A stretch of DNA of 64,000 bases from assembly GCF_031769215.1 (NCBI RefSeq), contig NW_026782462.1, positions 1-64,000 on the forward strand. The letters run 5' to 3'. The notes below the pieces were generated by a model. It had not been told where the DNA came from, did no database searches, and was given only the letters and a program-made list of their open reading frames with translations. Positions 37,381 to 49,229 of this stretch are shown piece after piece (positions within the stretch are counted from its first letter, which is position 1; each line of letters opens with the position of its first letter). Position numbers and translations under genes: made by a program. This DNA comes from Ylistrum balloti. Lineage: Eukaryota.

Positions 37381-38188
37381 GCTATATACATCTGTATCAT
37401 GATGATAGATACATACATACATCTGTATAATAATGATAGATATTTATATACATCTGTATAATGATAGATAGCTCTATACATCTGTACAATAATATATAGC
37501 AATATACATTTATACCAAGAACAAAACCATTTATTTACCTATTTTTCTTGATCTCCGCCATCACATGATGACGCTATCAAAACCGCCCCACCTGAACAGC
37601 CATCGTCATATTATGGAGCCGTGAATTAACATATCACTTCTCCCCCCTCCTCCTTCTCTCTTTAATGATTAAGGGTAATCCAAAACATTTCAATGCGTTT
37701 TTTACGTATTGGAAGTGATGTATCTGGTACAATGTGTATACAACTTCTAAAATTCTGTGTGTATTGTTGTTATACTACCGAGTTAAATGGGCGTTGTGAA
37801 CTATTTCCTTTGTTCAACACATTATGTTAATACTGAGTTAAATGGGCGTTGTGAGCTATTTCCTTTGTTCAATTCATTACGTCATTTTTTACCTTCAACA
37901 CATTATGATACCATTGAAATCAATGGGCCTGTATTATTTTCTGCGTTCAACATATATTGTTACTGAGGTTTTCTTTCAGGGTTGTTTTCTCGGGGTAACA
38001 TACCAATTAATGTAACAATGATATATTGTTCACGGTATTCATGTTATAGGCTTTGGTTTTCATTGTAAATATTATTTCCACGGTAGATGTATATTTTATT
38101 ATTTTATTTTGTCTATGGAAATAGAATAACTAGAAAATAAAATTTGAAATATACAAAAAAAAGTGCTAAAATCCCAATTATCTATTTG

Positions 38189-38715
38189 AACCCTGCAGAT
38201 AACCTATCTGTTACTTAAGTAGATAAACCTATCTGTAACTTTCGTAGGTATACCTATCTGTAACTTACGTAGATATACCTATCTGTTACTTAAGTAGATA
38301 AACCTATCTGTAACTTACGTAGATATACATATCTGTAACTTACGTAGGTATACCTATCTGTAACTTACGTAGATATACATATCTGTTACTTATGTATATA
38401 TACATATCTGTAGCTTACGTAGATATACTTATCTGTAACTTACGTATATATACATATCTGTAGCTTACGTAGATATACCTATCTAAAACTTACGTAGATA
38501 TACATATCTGTAACTTACGTAGGTATACCTATCTGTAACTTACGTAGATATACATATCTGTTACTTATGTATATATACATATCTGTAGCTTACGTAGATA
38601 TACTTATCTGTAACTTACGTATATATACATATCTGTAGCTTACGTAGATATACCTATCTAAAACTTACGTAGATATACATATCTGTAACTTACGTAGATA
38701 TACCTTTCTGTAATT
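38189..38715 (+). repeat. 25-bp minisatellite (~21 units) with a 175-bp higher-order duplication
   Basis: Unit atctgtaacttacgtagatatacct; the variant atctaaaact recurs at 38481 and 38656. Confidence 0.93.
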
Positions 38716-39390
38716 TACAAAGATACCAATGCTAAAAAACAAAAAAGCAAACAAACAAAATATATAGTATATAATAAGCAAACCACCTATATTACCTTTG
38801 TCAGGTACATTGAATAGGGATGCAATGAAGGTCATATGCTAGACTGTGGTATTTAATATTACATATTTACAGCACAAACGTTTGCGTTTATCGCACTTAG
38901 TATGTTTGTATAATACATGCACATAACCGATGTTGTGAATATGAGTTTAGAACACCACATGTCGTTCCGAAATCACATCACTTAACCCTGTATGATCACT
39001 TGTCTTCCTGAAATTTCATTACTTACACTTCTGTTTCTGTTTTGAAATCCCTTTACTCACCTTTTCTCTGTGTGATCACTTGTCTTCCTGAAATCTCACC
39101 ACTCTCTTACTACAAGTCCAGACCTGTTGGTGTTTGTATGTCTCCATGACTACATTATAAGACTGAAGTGCCACTATTGCGTCTGATTTATCTTTTTTAG
39201 CTGCCCTGGTCCAGTTATAACAAATCTGAGCTTATCATGTCTGGTCTGTTCACATAAGCTTAGCTTAATGAATATTTATGCAAGTATTATATTATAATAT
39301 ACTGTCCACTAATATTGATAAATCTGTACTCGCTGAAGGTAATACAAATGTAGATCTGTATTTACTAAAGGTAATAAAGGGAAGTACATA

Positions 39391-40842
39391 TGTAAATGAG
39401 TGAAAACAAAATGACGTTTGCGCAATATTAGAAAATGGTAATGTTTTACATTACAAAACACAAGGGGGTTACCAAAATCATTCAAGCGTGAAAGTCTGTA
39501 TTAGCGAAAGAGCTGCACGAGGTTTTCTGCGACTAACTTGTATCTTCGCTTGAATTTCATAAACATTCAAACTGACAACTGTTCCTTAGGACTTAGAAAT
39601 CACCGAATCTTGCTATCTACTTTATCATTATGCCCCGGCTGTCACAAGTACAGAGAAAAAGGGCTGTAGGCATGATCCAGGCTGGGGAGTCTCGCCGTCG
39701 AGTTGCACGGCATTTTGGTTGCAGTGTTAAGACAATTATCCAGTTGGTAAGTCGTTTAAACCAAACTGGGTCAACATCCGATCGTCCCCGAAGCGGCCGA
39801 CCCCGTAAAACGACCGCCAGGGATGACCGTCGTATACGATGGATACACTTGCGCAATCGATTCGTAACCGCAGTAGAGACTACAAGGACATTCTTTGGGC
39901 GTCGTGTGTCTCCCCAAACAGTCCGTAACAGGTTGAGGGCCTACCAATTGAAAGCGTGGCGTCCTTACACTGGACCCAATTTGTTGCGACGTCACCGTAA
40001 TAATCGGCGTAACTGGACCCGTGTTCACCATCGTTGGGCCTTACGACAATGGAACAGTATTCTGTTTTCTGATGAGTCCAGGTTTTGTCTGCAACACGGT
40101 GACGGAATTCGCAGAGTGTGGAGGCGACGAGGGGAGCATTTTGCGAACTGATGCGTCGCAGAACGGGACCGCTTTGGTGGCGGAAGTGTAATGGTTTGGG
40201 GTGGTATTTGTGGGGGGACTCGTACCAGGCTTGTGTTAAATGGCAATTTAACCGGCATTCGATATCGGGACTAAATTTTAAGACCAGTGGTTCTGCCATT
40301 CTTAAGACGCCATGGCGTTGGCGCCATTTTTCAACAGGATAACGCACAAGCGCACACCAGTCGCGTCAGCAGAACTTTCTTGCAGCAGAATAACGTACAG
40401 GTGTTAGATTGGCCATCTAAATCACCTGATTTGTCACCGATTGAGCATGTCTGGGACGTTCTTGGGCGACACGTGAGAGAACGTCAAAATCAGCCGTCAA
40501 ACTTGCAGGAGCTGGCCCAAGCCTTGATTGCTGAATGGAACAACATCTCTCCTCGAATTATCCGCCGGTTTACGAGTTCCATGCGACGACGCTGCAATGA
40601 TGTTTACTTCGCAAACGGTGGCCATTCCCGTTACTAATGGAGTTACCTTTGAAATTGACCCCAACGTCCTTTACAGTCGAATAAAATCAACTGAACGCAA
40701 AGTTTTCTTAATGAACCATGACTGCAGTTTTATCAGAATTGATCAATTACTTTATTCGTATTTGATTGGTAAGGATTTATGAAGGGGTTAATCAATTAAT
40801 CACAGAATAAAGTAGTGTTACCTTTTCTTTTGATGTTTAGTA
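39391..40842 (+). mobile_element. Tc1 (DD34E) DNA transposon, inactivated
   Basis: Contains the transposase pseudogene. Boundaries come from the paralogous empty site at ~46360-46400. TA lies at both ends. The right end resembles a Tc1 TIR; no matching left TIR was seen. Confidence 0.85.
39630..40637 (+). pseudogene. Tc1-family transposase (335 codons) with two in-frame stops (TGA 40149, TAA 40272)
   Basis: Paired-like HTH with RSGRPRKT, then LFSDESRF, VMVWGGI, FQQDNA and WPSKSPDLSPIEHVW; 34 residues separate the second D and the E. Confidence 0.95.
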
Positions 40843-42368
40843 TATATCCCCTGAAAGTCTTTCGTCGGAGGTCGCCCAAGTTACACCTGGAAATTTCATC
40901 GAATATATTGCCCTTACGTTGTGTTCAATATCCAACATTTGAAAGTAATCACTTATCATTCTTCCATGTTTTTTGGGTTTTTATTTCCTGTCAACATGCC
41001 ACCTAAAGGCCAAAGGAGAAAATGCTTCTGACCGTAACGCTATGAGTCCATGAACTGGATTATATGTTAATATATCGAGCTATGAAACGGATGTAGTGGT
41101 TCATGTAGTGTGAAGTTAACAATGTCCATGAATACTTGTAAAATAATATACCAGTCAGAATACTTAGACTTTTTAAAGAATGAAATAAGGTTCGAACAGG
41201 AAATTTCCTCGGAGGTCGGTCTGAATATTTTGATGTTTGACACTTTATATTGTATTGCATTGTTCAGATTATAATTGTTCCGGGGTTGTATAAGGTTTAC
41301 TTCCCAAAAACCTCAAATTTGTTCTAATGAATAACATTGACTTAATTTCAAGATCACATGGGTCAATTTACTGAAACCTTCTAACAACTTCCCAACAGGG
41401 AAAAGGTCAAAGCTTCTGATTTTTTACGAAGGAGGTTGATATGAAGAGCTATCCAGTTTGTTCAAGTTAATGAACTTGCCCTCTTTCAAGGTAACAGAGT
41501 TCTATCATATGAAAAATTCTCGAATTCTCAATAACCAAAGCGTCAGGATGCTGATAACAGGCCTGTAGCATGCTATCAAATTTGTTCTAATCAATGACAT
41601 GATTTAAATTCAAAGTCACAAGGGTCAAATGTGTTACAATATCTAAACGGCTTCTCAATAACCAGAACACCCAGCTCACAGTGGATGCTCCCTCCGGCAA
41701 AAGACCCTATAACCATGGAAATGACTGAGAACCCGCCTTTCCTTAAACATAGGTATATAAGTATCTGGAAATATCATTATCAATTGATAAAAAAATGAAA
41801 GGAAAAACCCTTAACACCAGAAATATGAAATATTGGAATTGTTTCAATTTATAATATCTTCCATGCTTGCGTGATGTACACCAGATAACCCCAACCCATC
41901 TTTAAGTAGGCTTATTTTCATACAAACTTTGCCCCGATCGTTGGTAAGATTAAACGCATATCTACAATTAAATCTTCTACATATGAAGCATTAAATAATT
42001 TTTGAATATAATACCAGATATGATGTCTTCATAACTGAGATGTAGGTTAGTATCGATATTTCGTAGACATACTTTATTCTCATTATACACGTTCTCACAC
42101 GCTTTCTGGGGATTTGAATTATGTAGGATGTGGCAATGAACCGATACATCATATCGTTGTCGACGGCGCCTGCTATGCGCGACAAACTTGATAACAATAT
42201 CCGATTGTTGCATATTTAGACCGAAAAAAAGAGATTGCGCCATCGTATTACATAGTTTGCATGTGAATGGACGGTACTGTGCTTCATTCTATCCAATTCT
42301 TTAAATGAAACTAGCAGCTTAAATAACATTACGATATATTTCTATTGGTTACGTTAGCAGCGAACAAA
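40843..42368. repeat. Direct segmental duplicate of ~46390-47880; partly also an inverted paralog of 7800-8660
   Basis: Colinear blocks ccctgaaagtctttc, ctatgagtccatgaactggattata, gaagagctatccagtttgttcaag, accatggaaatgactg, gcatatttagaccgaaaaaaa, gttagcagcgaa. Confidence 0.9.
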
Positions 42369-43555
42369 TAGTGCAGCAGATAAGGGAAAGTATCTTTCAA
42401 AATGTGATACAAGCACCAAACTTGGCACAAATACTCCTTAGGGGTTACTTTTTTGAAAAACTACGCTGGCCACCTGAAATTCAAAATGGCTACCATTTTT
42501 CAAGATGGCGGCCATTTTGGCATATAAATTGTCTATTTTGCCATAGAATCTCACTACAGTAACTGATTTAGTTGATCGTTGTGTTAAAAAGTAGGTTTTC
42601 AAGTATAAGGAATCCAAAAGTATAACTCTAAGATCTATTTGGAGCTTCTTTCTACCATTTCTATCCCAAAAGAGTGAAAAATTAACAGGAAACGCGGCTT
42701 TTGCAATGATATGAAACAACTTTTTATTAAGATTGACGTATTTATATCTAAAAAATGTATATCCAGTTATTCTGCATATTTCAGGAAACTAACTGTATAT
42801 ATTTTAGCCAGAACAGATCTCCAAATATCATTTCAATGTCCAATCCAACTGCAGAGTCAAACTTGTCCACGGCTATAATTTTGTTAATAATGTCTTAATG
42901 TCTATACATCTTGTTTGTCTTTCTATTGTCGTTTTGATTGGAATTCAGATGAGTTGAATTGGGCCTAATCCTCACATCTGCAGCTACATAATGCCGTACA
43001 AGTTAGACCGAAGCGGTAGCATTTGCATCTTCCTATGCGGCATTCTGACTTGCACCCACACTTGGTCAGCTGTTGACAACTCTCTGCAATAGGAGGAAGT
43101 GTTGTCCAGAAAACCTGCCACAGATCATCCTTCTTTATCCAGCCCCAGTCTGCAGGCCTTTGTGTTTCTGGTTGGCGCAGTGTTGACTGACTCCATATGC
43201 AACCTGCCTCAAAAGCTGCACGTTTGGCATGCTGGAGCAGTGCTGCTCGAGTTGGGGGAATGGCTTCGTAAGGTCTCTGCTTTCTAGCAAACATATCTAG
43301 CCTGGCGTTATCTACACCTGCAGCTGTACTGGACCTGTCATACATCGTCACCACAAACTTTTCCAGGGTCTCCATATCATCATCATCAACTTTTGGTGGG
43401 TACTGGCTAAGTTTTGTAAAGACATCAGAAGCTTCGGGACATACATTCCAGGTTTGCCATGCTGACTTCTTTCCTTTACCACGGAATCCTGATACAACAT
43501 CACAGCCTGTAAAAGCATGGAAGAAGAGAATTCCTTTGCTTTTCTTAGGGCTAAA
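42369..43555 (-). mobile_element. Academ (AcademX-type) DNA transposon, one terminus plus the C-terminal coding part
   Basis: Terminus begins TAG (tagtgcagcagataaggg). The open frame 43555-42965 (197 codons) has an XPG/H3TH-like motif FHAFTGCDVVSGFRGKGKKSAW, then IPPTRAALLQH, and a terminal Cys8 cluster CGCKSECRIGRCKCYRFGLTCTALCSC. This architecture is described for Academ transposases. Confidence 0.75.
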
Positions 43556-43589
43556 ATAAGAGTGTATAAAAAGGTCTAGGTTGGTAAAT

Positions 43590-43745
43590 TGGAGATGAAT
43601 TTTTTACAGTGAAATTTAAAAGTTGATAAGGTTCCACATTGTCTGATATTTTCTGGAAGCTGATTCCACAAAGTTGGTCCAGTATATAGGAAGGAATTTC
43701 TAAACTTTTCAGTTTTGTGTTTAGGTATGATATTACCAGCTTTGC
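43590..43745 (-). mobile_element. 3' end fragment of an L2/CR1-group LINE
   Basis: Translates PKHKTEKFRNSFLYTGPTLWNQLPENIRQCGTLSTFK, the usual C-terminal motif of L2/CR1 ORF2. Confidence 0.7.
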
Positions 43746-44351
43746 TGCCCTAGTTTGTCATTACTGTGTACATGGACACAAGCACATTACAGCCCAAGTA
43801 GTTTGGACACAGTTTGTTAGCTACTTTATACATTGGTATACATTCATTATCTATAACAGGATTAAAATATTTCATTCTGACATACAGTCCTCATTCTTTA
43901 CACAATAAAGCCAATAAACCATTTTCTTTTGTATGTAGCATGTCATAAAAACATTTTCTTTTCTTGACCATGTTGGTTAGACAACATACATATGTATGTA
44001 CTTCACCGTTACTGTATACTTTGACCAAAATAAGAAACATTATGTGATGTAAAAATAAGAAACTACTATGAACATATGCAAAAAAATGAACTGTACACTT
44101 AATGTGATCAATAACTGTAGATCACGAAGGTTGTAAAAGAGAAAAGGACATGTCATTTAAAATTGAAATTGTGTAGCATGGCGCTCCATGCAACCTTTAA
44201 CAGACAATTGATCAAATCATTACTTATAACTTATTCTTTTAATATGAATATGTATTCACTTGGAGAAAAGACGCAGACGCATAAAACAAAGAGTAGCAAC
44301 GAAAGTTTTGCTAAGACAAGCAAAGTCAACAGTCGCACGGAAGCAGACAAA

Positions 44352-44360
44352 CAAAAAAAG

Positions 44361-44397
<37 letters not shown>
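44352..44397 (+). repeat. Long poly(A) run
   Basis: About 45 nt of nearly pure A; the paralogous site at ~36065-36100 is an interrupted A-rich tract. Confidence 0.9.
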
Positions 44398-44398
<1 letters not shown>

Positions 44399-45644
44399 TA
44401 AATTGTAACGTACAGAGTAATTTGATTTCAAATCCGAGTTATACGCAATTTTTGACGCCTACTTCGCTATGATTAGTTATGGTTGATGACTATTGGACTA
44501 TAAAAAGTATACTTCTGTTCATAACGACATTTTTATATAAAACTGACCCCACATAATTTCATTATCATTTTTATATTAAACTGTCCCCACATAATTTCAT
44601 GACCATTTTTATATAAAACTGATCACACATAATTTCATTATCATTGATATACTGGTCCAGTACAGGTCTATACTATTTACTTTATTTATCTTATATCTAT
44701 ATAAAACTGAAAAGGCGTAACACAAGGTAAACTGATTTCTAACTTCTCAATTCCTTGGGGATTAAACAAAAAAACTTTGATATTTATCACGAATTTTCTG
44801 GTGTGATTTCATATCAGACCACCGTTCAGTATATTCTTCTATTCTTCTACAGACAAGGTACCTTTGTGTGCAAAGAGAACAAAACAGTTTGGATTTGCTC
44901 GTTAGACCTTTGTGACTTCTATAAATGTCGCACCAGTACGGTTCGATAGTTTAAATAAGTTTTGATATTGTCTTTATTCAGCAATAACAACAATTTTAAG
45001 TTTTAATGTTTTATTTGTTTGTATATCGTTTATCAACAAGTATGACAATTTACCGACAGCCTCCGTGTGTATGTTCGGTGAGTGTATGTGTTGAGTGCTT
45101 GTGTTTTTGGAAGGCTGCAACGTGTTCTGTAAGCGTGCGGAAATGATGCTAACGTTATAATTAATTCGAAGCACTGTATTTTTTATTTTACTAAATGTCA
45201 TCATCAAAAACATCTTGTTAATGATGTCACATTATCATCTTAGTAAACTGAATTAACATTTCCATTTGACATTGATGTTCTACAGTACTTGGTTCTAGAA
45301 TGCATATAGACATCTAATGAAAAAGGTACATTGTGATTATATAATGATTAAATAATTGAGTAAAATCTATAAGGAATTGTGTACTCTGGGTAAATGTATT
45401 TAAAATTGAGAATAAAGTGTATTATGCGGATAATTAAAATATCATTCTCATTTTGATAAGTCATACTGTAAATTGTTTTATCATGATTTTGTTGACTGAT
45501 GAACTGTAAAGCCAAAAATAATAAAAGAACTTAATTGATATCAGTGTAATATAAGATATCAATATTGAAATACAGAAAACATGGAGTATAAAGTAAATGT
45601 TTATCTAGAACGTATTGTCATACCCAGTCCTTCATATTGAAAGC

Positions 45645-46200
45645 CGGCTATATACATCTGTATAATAATGATTGATAGTTATATATACACCTGTATAATA
45701 ATGATTGATAGCTATGTATACATCTGTCTAATAATGACAGATAGTTATATATACATGATTGATGTTATATATAATGATTGATAGTTATATATACATCTGT
45801 CTAATAATGACAGATAGTTATATATATATCTGTATAATAATGACTGATAGTTATATATACATCTGTATAATGATATATATGACAGTATAATATGTTATAT
45901 ATACATCTATATAATAATGATATGATAGTCTAATTATATATATATCTGTATAATAATGACATATAGTTATATACAGATAATTATATACATACATCTGTAT
46001 AATAATGATTGATAGTTATATATACATCTGTATAATAATGATTATAGTTATATATATATATCTGTATAATAATGACAGATAGTTATATATATATCTGTAT
46101 AATAATTGATAGTTATATATACATCTGTATAATAATGACAGATAGTTATATATTGATATAGCTATATATATATATCTGTATAATAATGATTGAGCTATAT
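45645..46200 (+). repeat. ~33-bp AT-rich minisatellite (~17 units); short paralog (~4 units) at 37375-37510
   Basis: Unit catctgtataataatgattgatagttatatata. Confidence 0.9.
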
Positions 46201-49200
46201 ACATTTGAAAGTCTAATTTTGTGTCAGTTGGGCAAGTTGAGCTGCCCTGGTCCAGTCATAACCGATCTGATATGATGTGGTCAGAGTTTGACTGATTTGT
46301 GCTGCACTGGGCCAGTTATAACAAATCTGAGCTTATCATATCTGGTCTGTCCACATAAGCTGAAGGTAATAAAGGAAGGTACATTATATTCCCTGAAAGT
46401 CTTTCTTCGGAGGTCGCCCAAGTTACACGTGGAACATTTCATCAAATCTATTGCCCTTACTTTGTGTACAATATCCAACATTTCAAAGTAATTACTTATC
46501 ATTCTTCCCTGTTTTTGGATTTTTATTTCCTGTCAACATGCCACCTACCGGCAAAAGGAGAAAATGTTTGTGAATGTAACGCTATGAGTCCATGAACTGG
46601 ATTATATATTAGTATATCGAGCTATGAAACGGATGTAGGGGTTCATGTAGTGTGAAGTTATAAATGTCAATTAATACTGTGGAAACTAACATACCAGTCA
46701 GAAGACTTGGTCTTTTTTTACAGAATGAAATAAGGTTCGAGCAGGAAAATTCCTCGGAGGTTGGTCGGAATATTTTGATGTTTGGTACTTTACATTGTAT
46801 TGCATTGTCCGGATTATAATTGTTCCGGGTTTGTATAAGGTTTGTTCTAATGAATGACATTGACTGAATTTCAAGGTCACATGGGGCAAATGTATTGAAA
46901 CCTTCAAACAACTTCACAACAGCAAAAAGATCAAAGCAGGTTGATATGAAGAGCTATCCAGTTTGTTCAAGTAAATTAACTTGCCCGCTTCCAAGGTTAC
47001 AGAGATCAATCATAAGAAAATGTTCTCGACTTCTCAATAACTAAAAGCGCCAGATGATAACAGGGGTGTAGCATACTATCAAATTTGTTCTAATGAATGA
47101 CATGACTCAAATTCAAAGTCATAAGGTCAAATGTGTTACAATATCTAAACGGCTTCTCAATATCCAGAAGACTAGGTCACACTGTATGCTCCCTCTGGAA
47201 AAAGATCCGATAACCATGGAAATGACTGTGAACCCGTCTTGCTTTAAAATAGGTATATAAGAATCGGGAATTATTATTATCAATTGATAAAAAATAAAAG
47301 AAAAAACCCATAACCCCAGAAATATAAAATATTGGAATTATTTCCATTTATACTATCTTCCATGTTTGCGTAATGTACACCAGATAACCCCAATCCATCT
47401 TTAAGTATGTTTATTTTCATACCACCTTTTCCGCGATCGTTGGTAAGTTCAAACGCATATCTACAATTAAATCTTCTACATAAGAAGCATTAAATCATTT
47501 TCCATTAAATACCAGATGTGATGGCGTCATGTTTTGATGTAGGTAAGTATCGATATTTCGTAGAAATACGTTATTCTCAGTAAAAACTTTCTCACACGCT
47601 TTCTGGGGTTTTAAATTATGTAGGATGTATCAATGAACCGATACATCATATCTTCGTTGACGGCACCTGCTATGCTCGAAAAAAATCGATTATCCGATTG
47701 TTGCATATTTAGACCGAAAAAAAGATGTGACATCTTACATATTACATAGTGCGCATGTGAATGGACGGTAATGAGCGATCAGTCGTTTGCTATATTCAAT
47801 CCAATTCTTCAAATGAAACTAGCAGTTCAAATGACATTACGACATATTTCTATTGGTTATGTTAGCAGCGAAAAAATACTTTGTAAAGTCGTGAAGGAAT
47901 CGTATTTAAACGATTAAATTTTACCTTGTATTCAGTTTATTACATAACGTTGTCTGGTTTAAACAATATTTTATTTTCAGATTTTCATTCACAACATACA
48001 CATACACAAATTATAAAATTGAAAATGGATCTGGCAAAAAGATTATAAATCTTATATTAATCCATCGGATCATGGACGTCACAGCCAAATCAATGTCAAG
48101 TTTTCATTTCTATATCTTATATTGTTTATGTAGGTCATGAACTTAACCAAATTTTAAAACGATCTTATTTAGTATATAATATATCCAACTTATTAACAGT
48201 AAAAATATAGTAATTTATTAAATGCAATATCCATACTACTAATTGACATATCTAATTTAACAAAGGTAATATAACACTTCAACCGGTCGCCGAGTTCTTT
48301 CAGTGAATGACTGAAAGACTTAGGCCACAGATAGACTATGGTTTGTCACACACAATCGTAACAGTGGTGCTCGTGATTCTATTCTGCAGTTCCACCATGA
48401 TTCATTGAATGACACACGACATCCAACAACGAGCAACCACTTATTGACTCCTTAATTATTTATCAGAAATATCTACAAAAAACAAAGCGAATAACTAATT
48501 TCTTGCTTACCGATCAACCAGACATGTATACCAGACGTAAGATAGAGTGCCACCAGTGTGTTAACAATCCTCCTCTATGCAACATACACAAACGGAATAG
48601 GATGAAAATACCAGAAGAATCTTGCAGCATCCAATATATGAATGTTGGTCTGATAGCAATATTTTCATATTTTCGTTAGATCATAATAACGAATTCTTTC
48701 ATAGCCAGGTTTTCCCCACTTGCCTGTCAGCAGGAGACGTTAGCCATCAAAATCGTATGTTTAGTACTGGTATAACACAAGATTGAAAGAAACGGCTTGT
48801 AGATAAGAATACGAATCCTAGATATCAAGTTTATTGGAGTAACTAGGATCAATTACATAAAATCCTCGTCGTATCAAAAAGAAAAAAAATAGCATGTCCA
48901 TCATGTAAAACATTGGAATTAATATACAGTATAAGAAGATATATGTCAAAATACACAACTACAGATAAAGATTTCTGATGTAAAATGATAAAATATCTAA
49001 TATGCTAGACTAGGAATAACAAATTATAACAATGTCATATGTATTTCAAATTTAAACATAAAAATCGAAAAAAATCTGTACTTCAAAACATATTCTACAC
49101 ATATTATAACCGATTTCAGCAGAAATTTGATTATTAACATAAGAAAGGAACGAGTCTCCCATGTACATTAAGATACATTGAAGTATTGGGTAAGCAACAA

Positions 49201-49229
49201 AACCATACATCTCGAGACATCATTATGAA

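Noticed and set aside
44163-44472. Poly-Lys / poly-Phe ORFs
   Set aside because: These are translations of a poly(A) tract.
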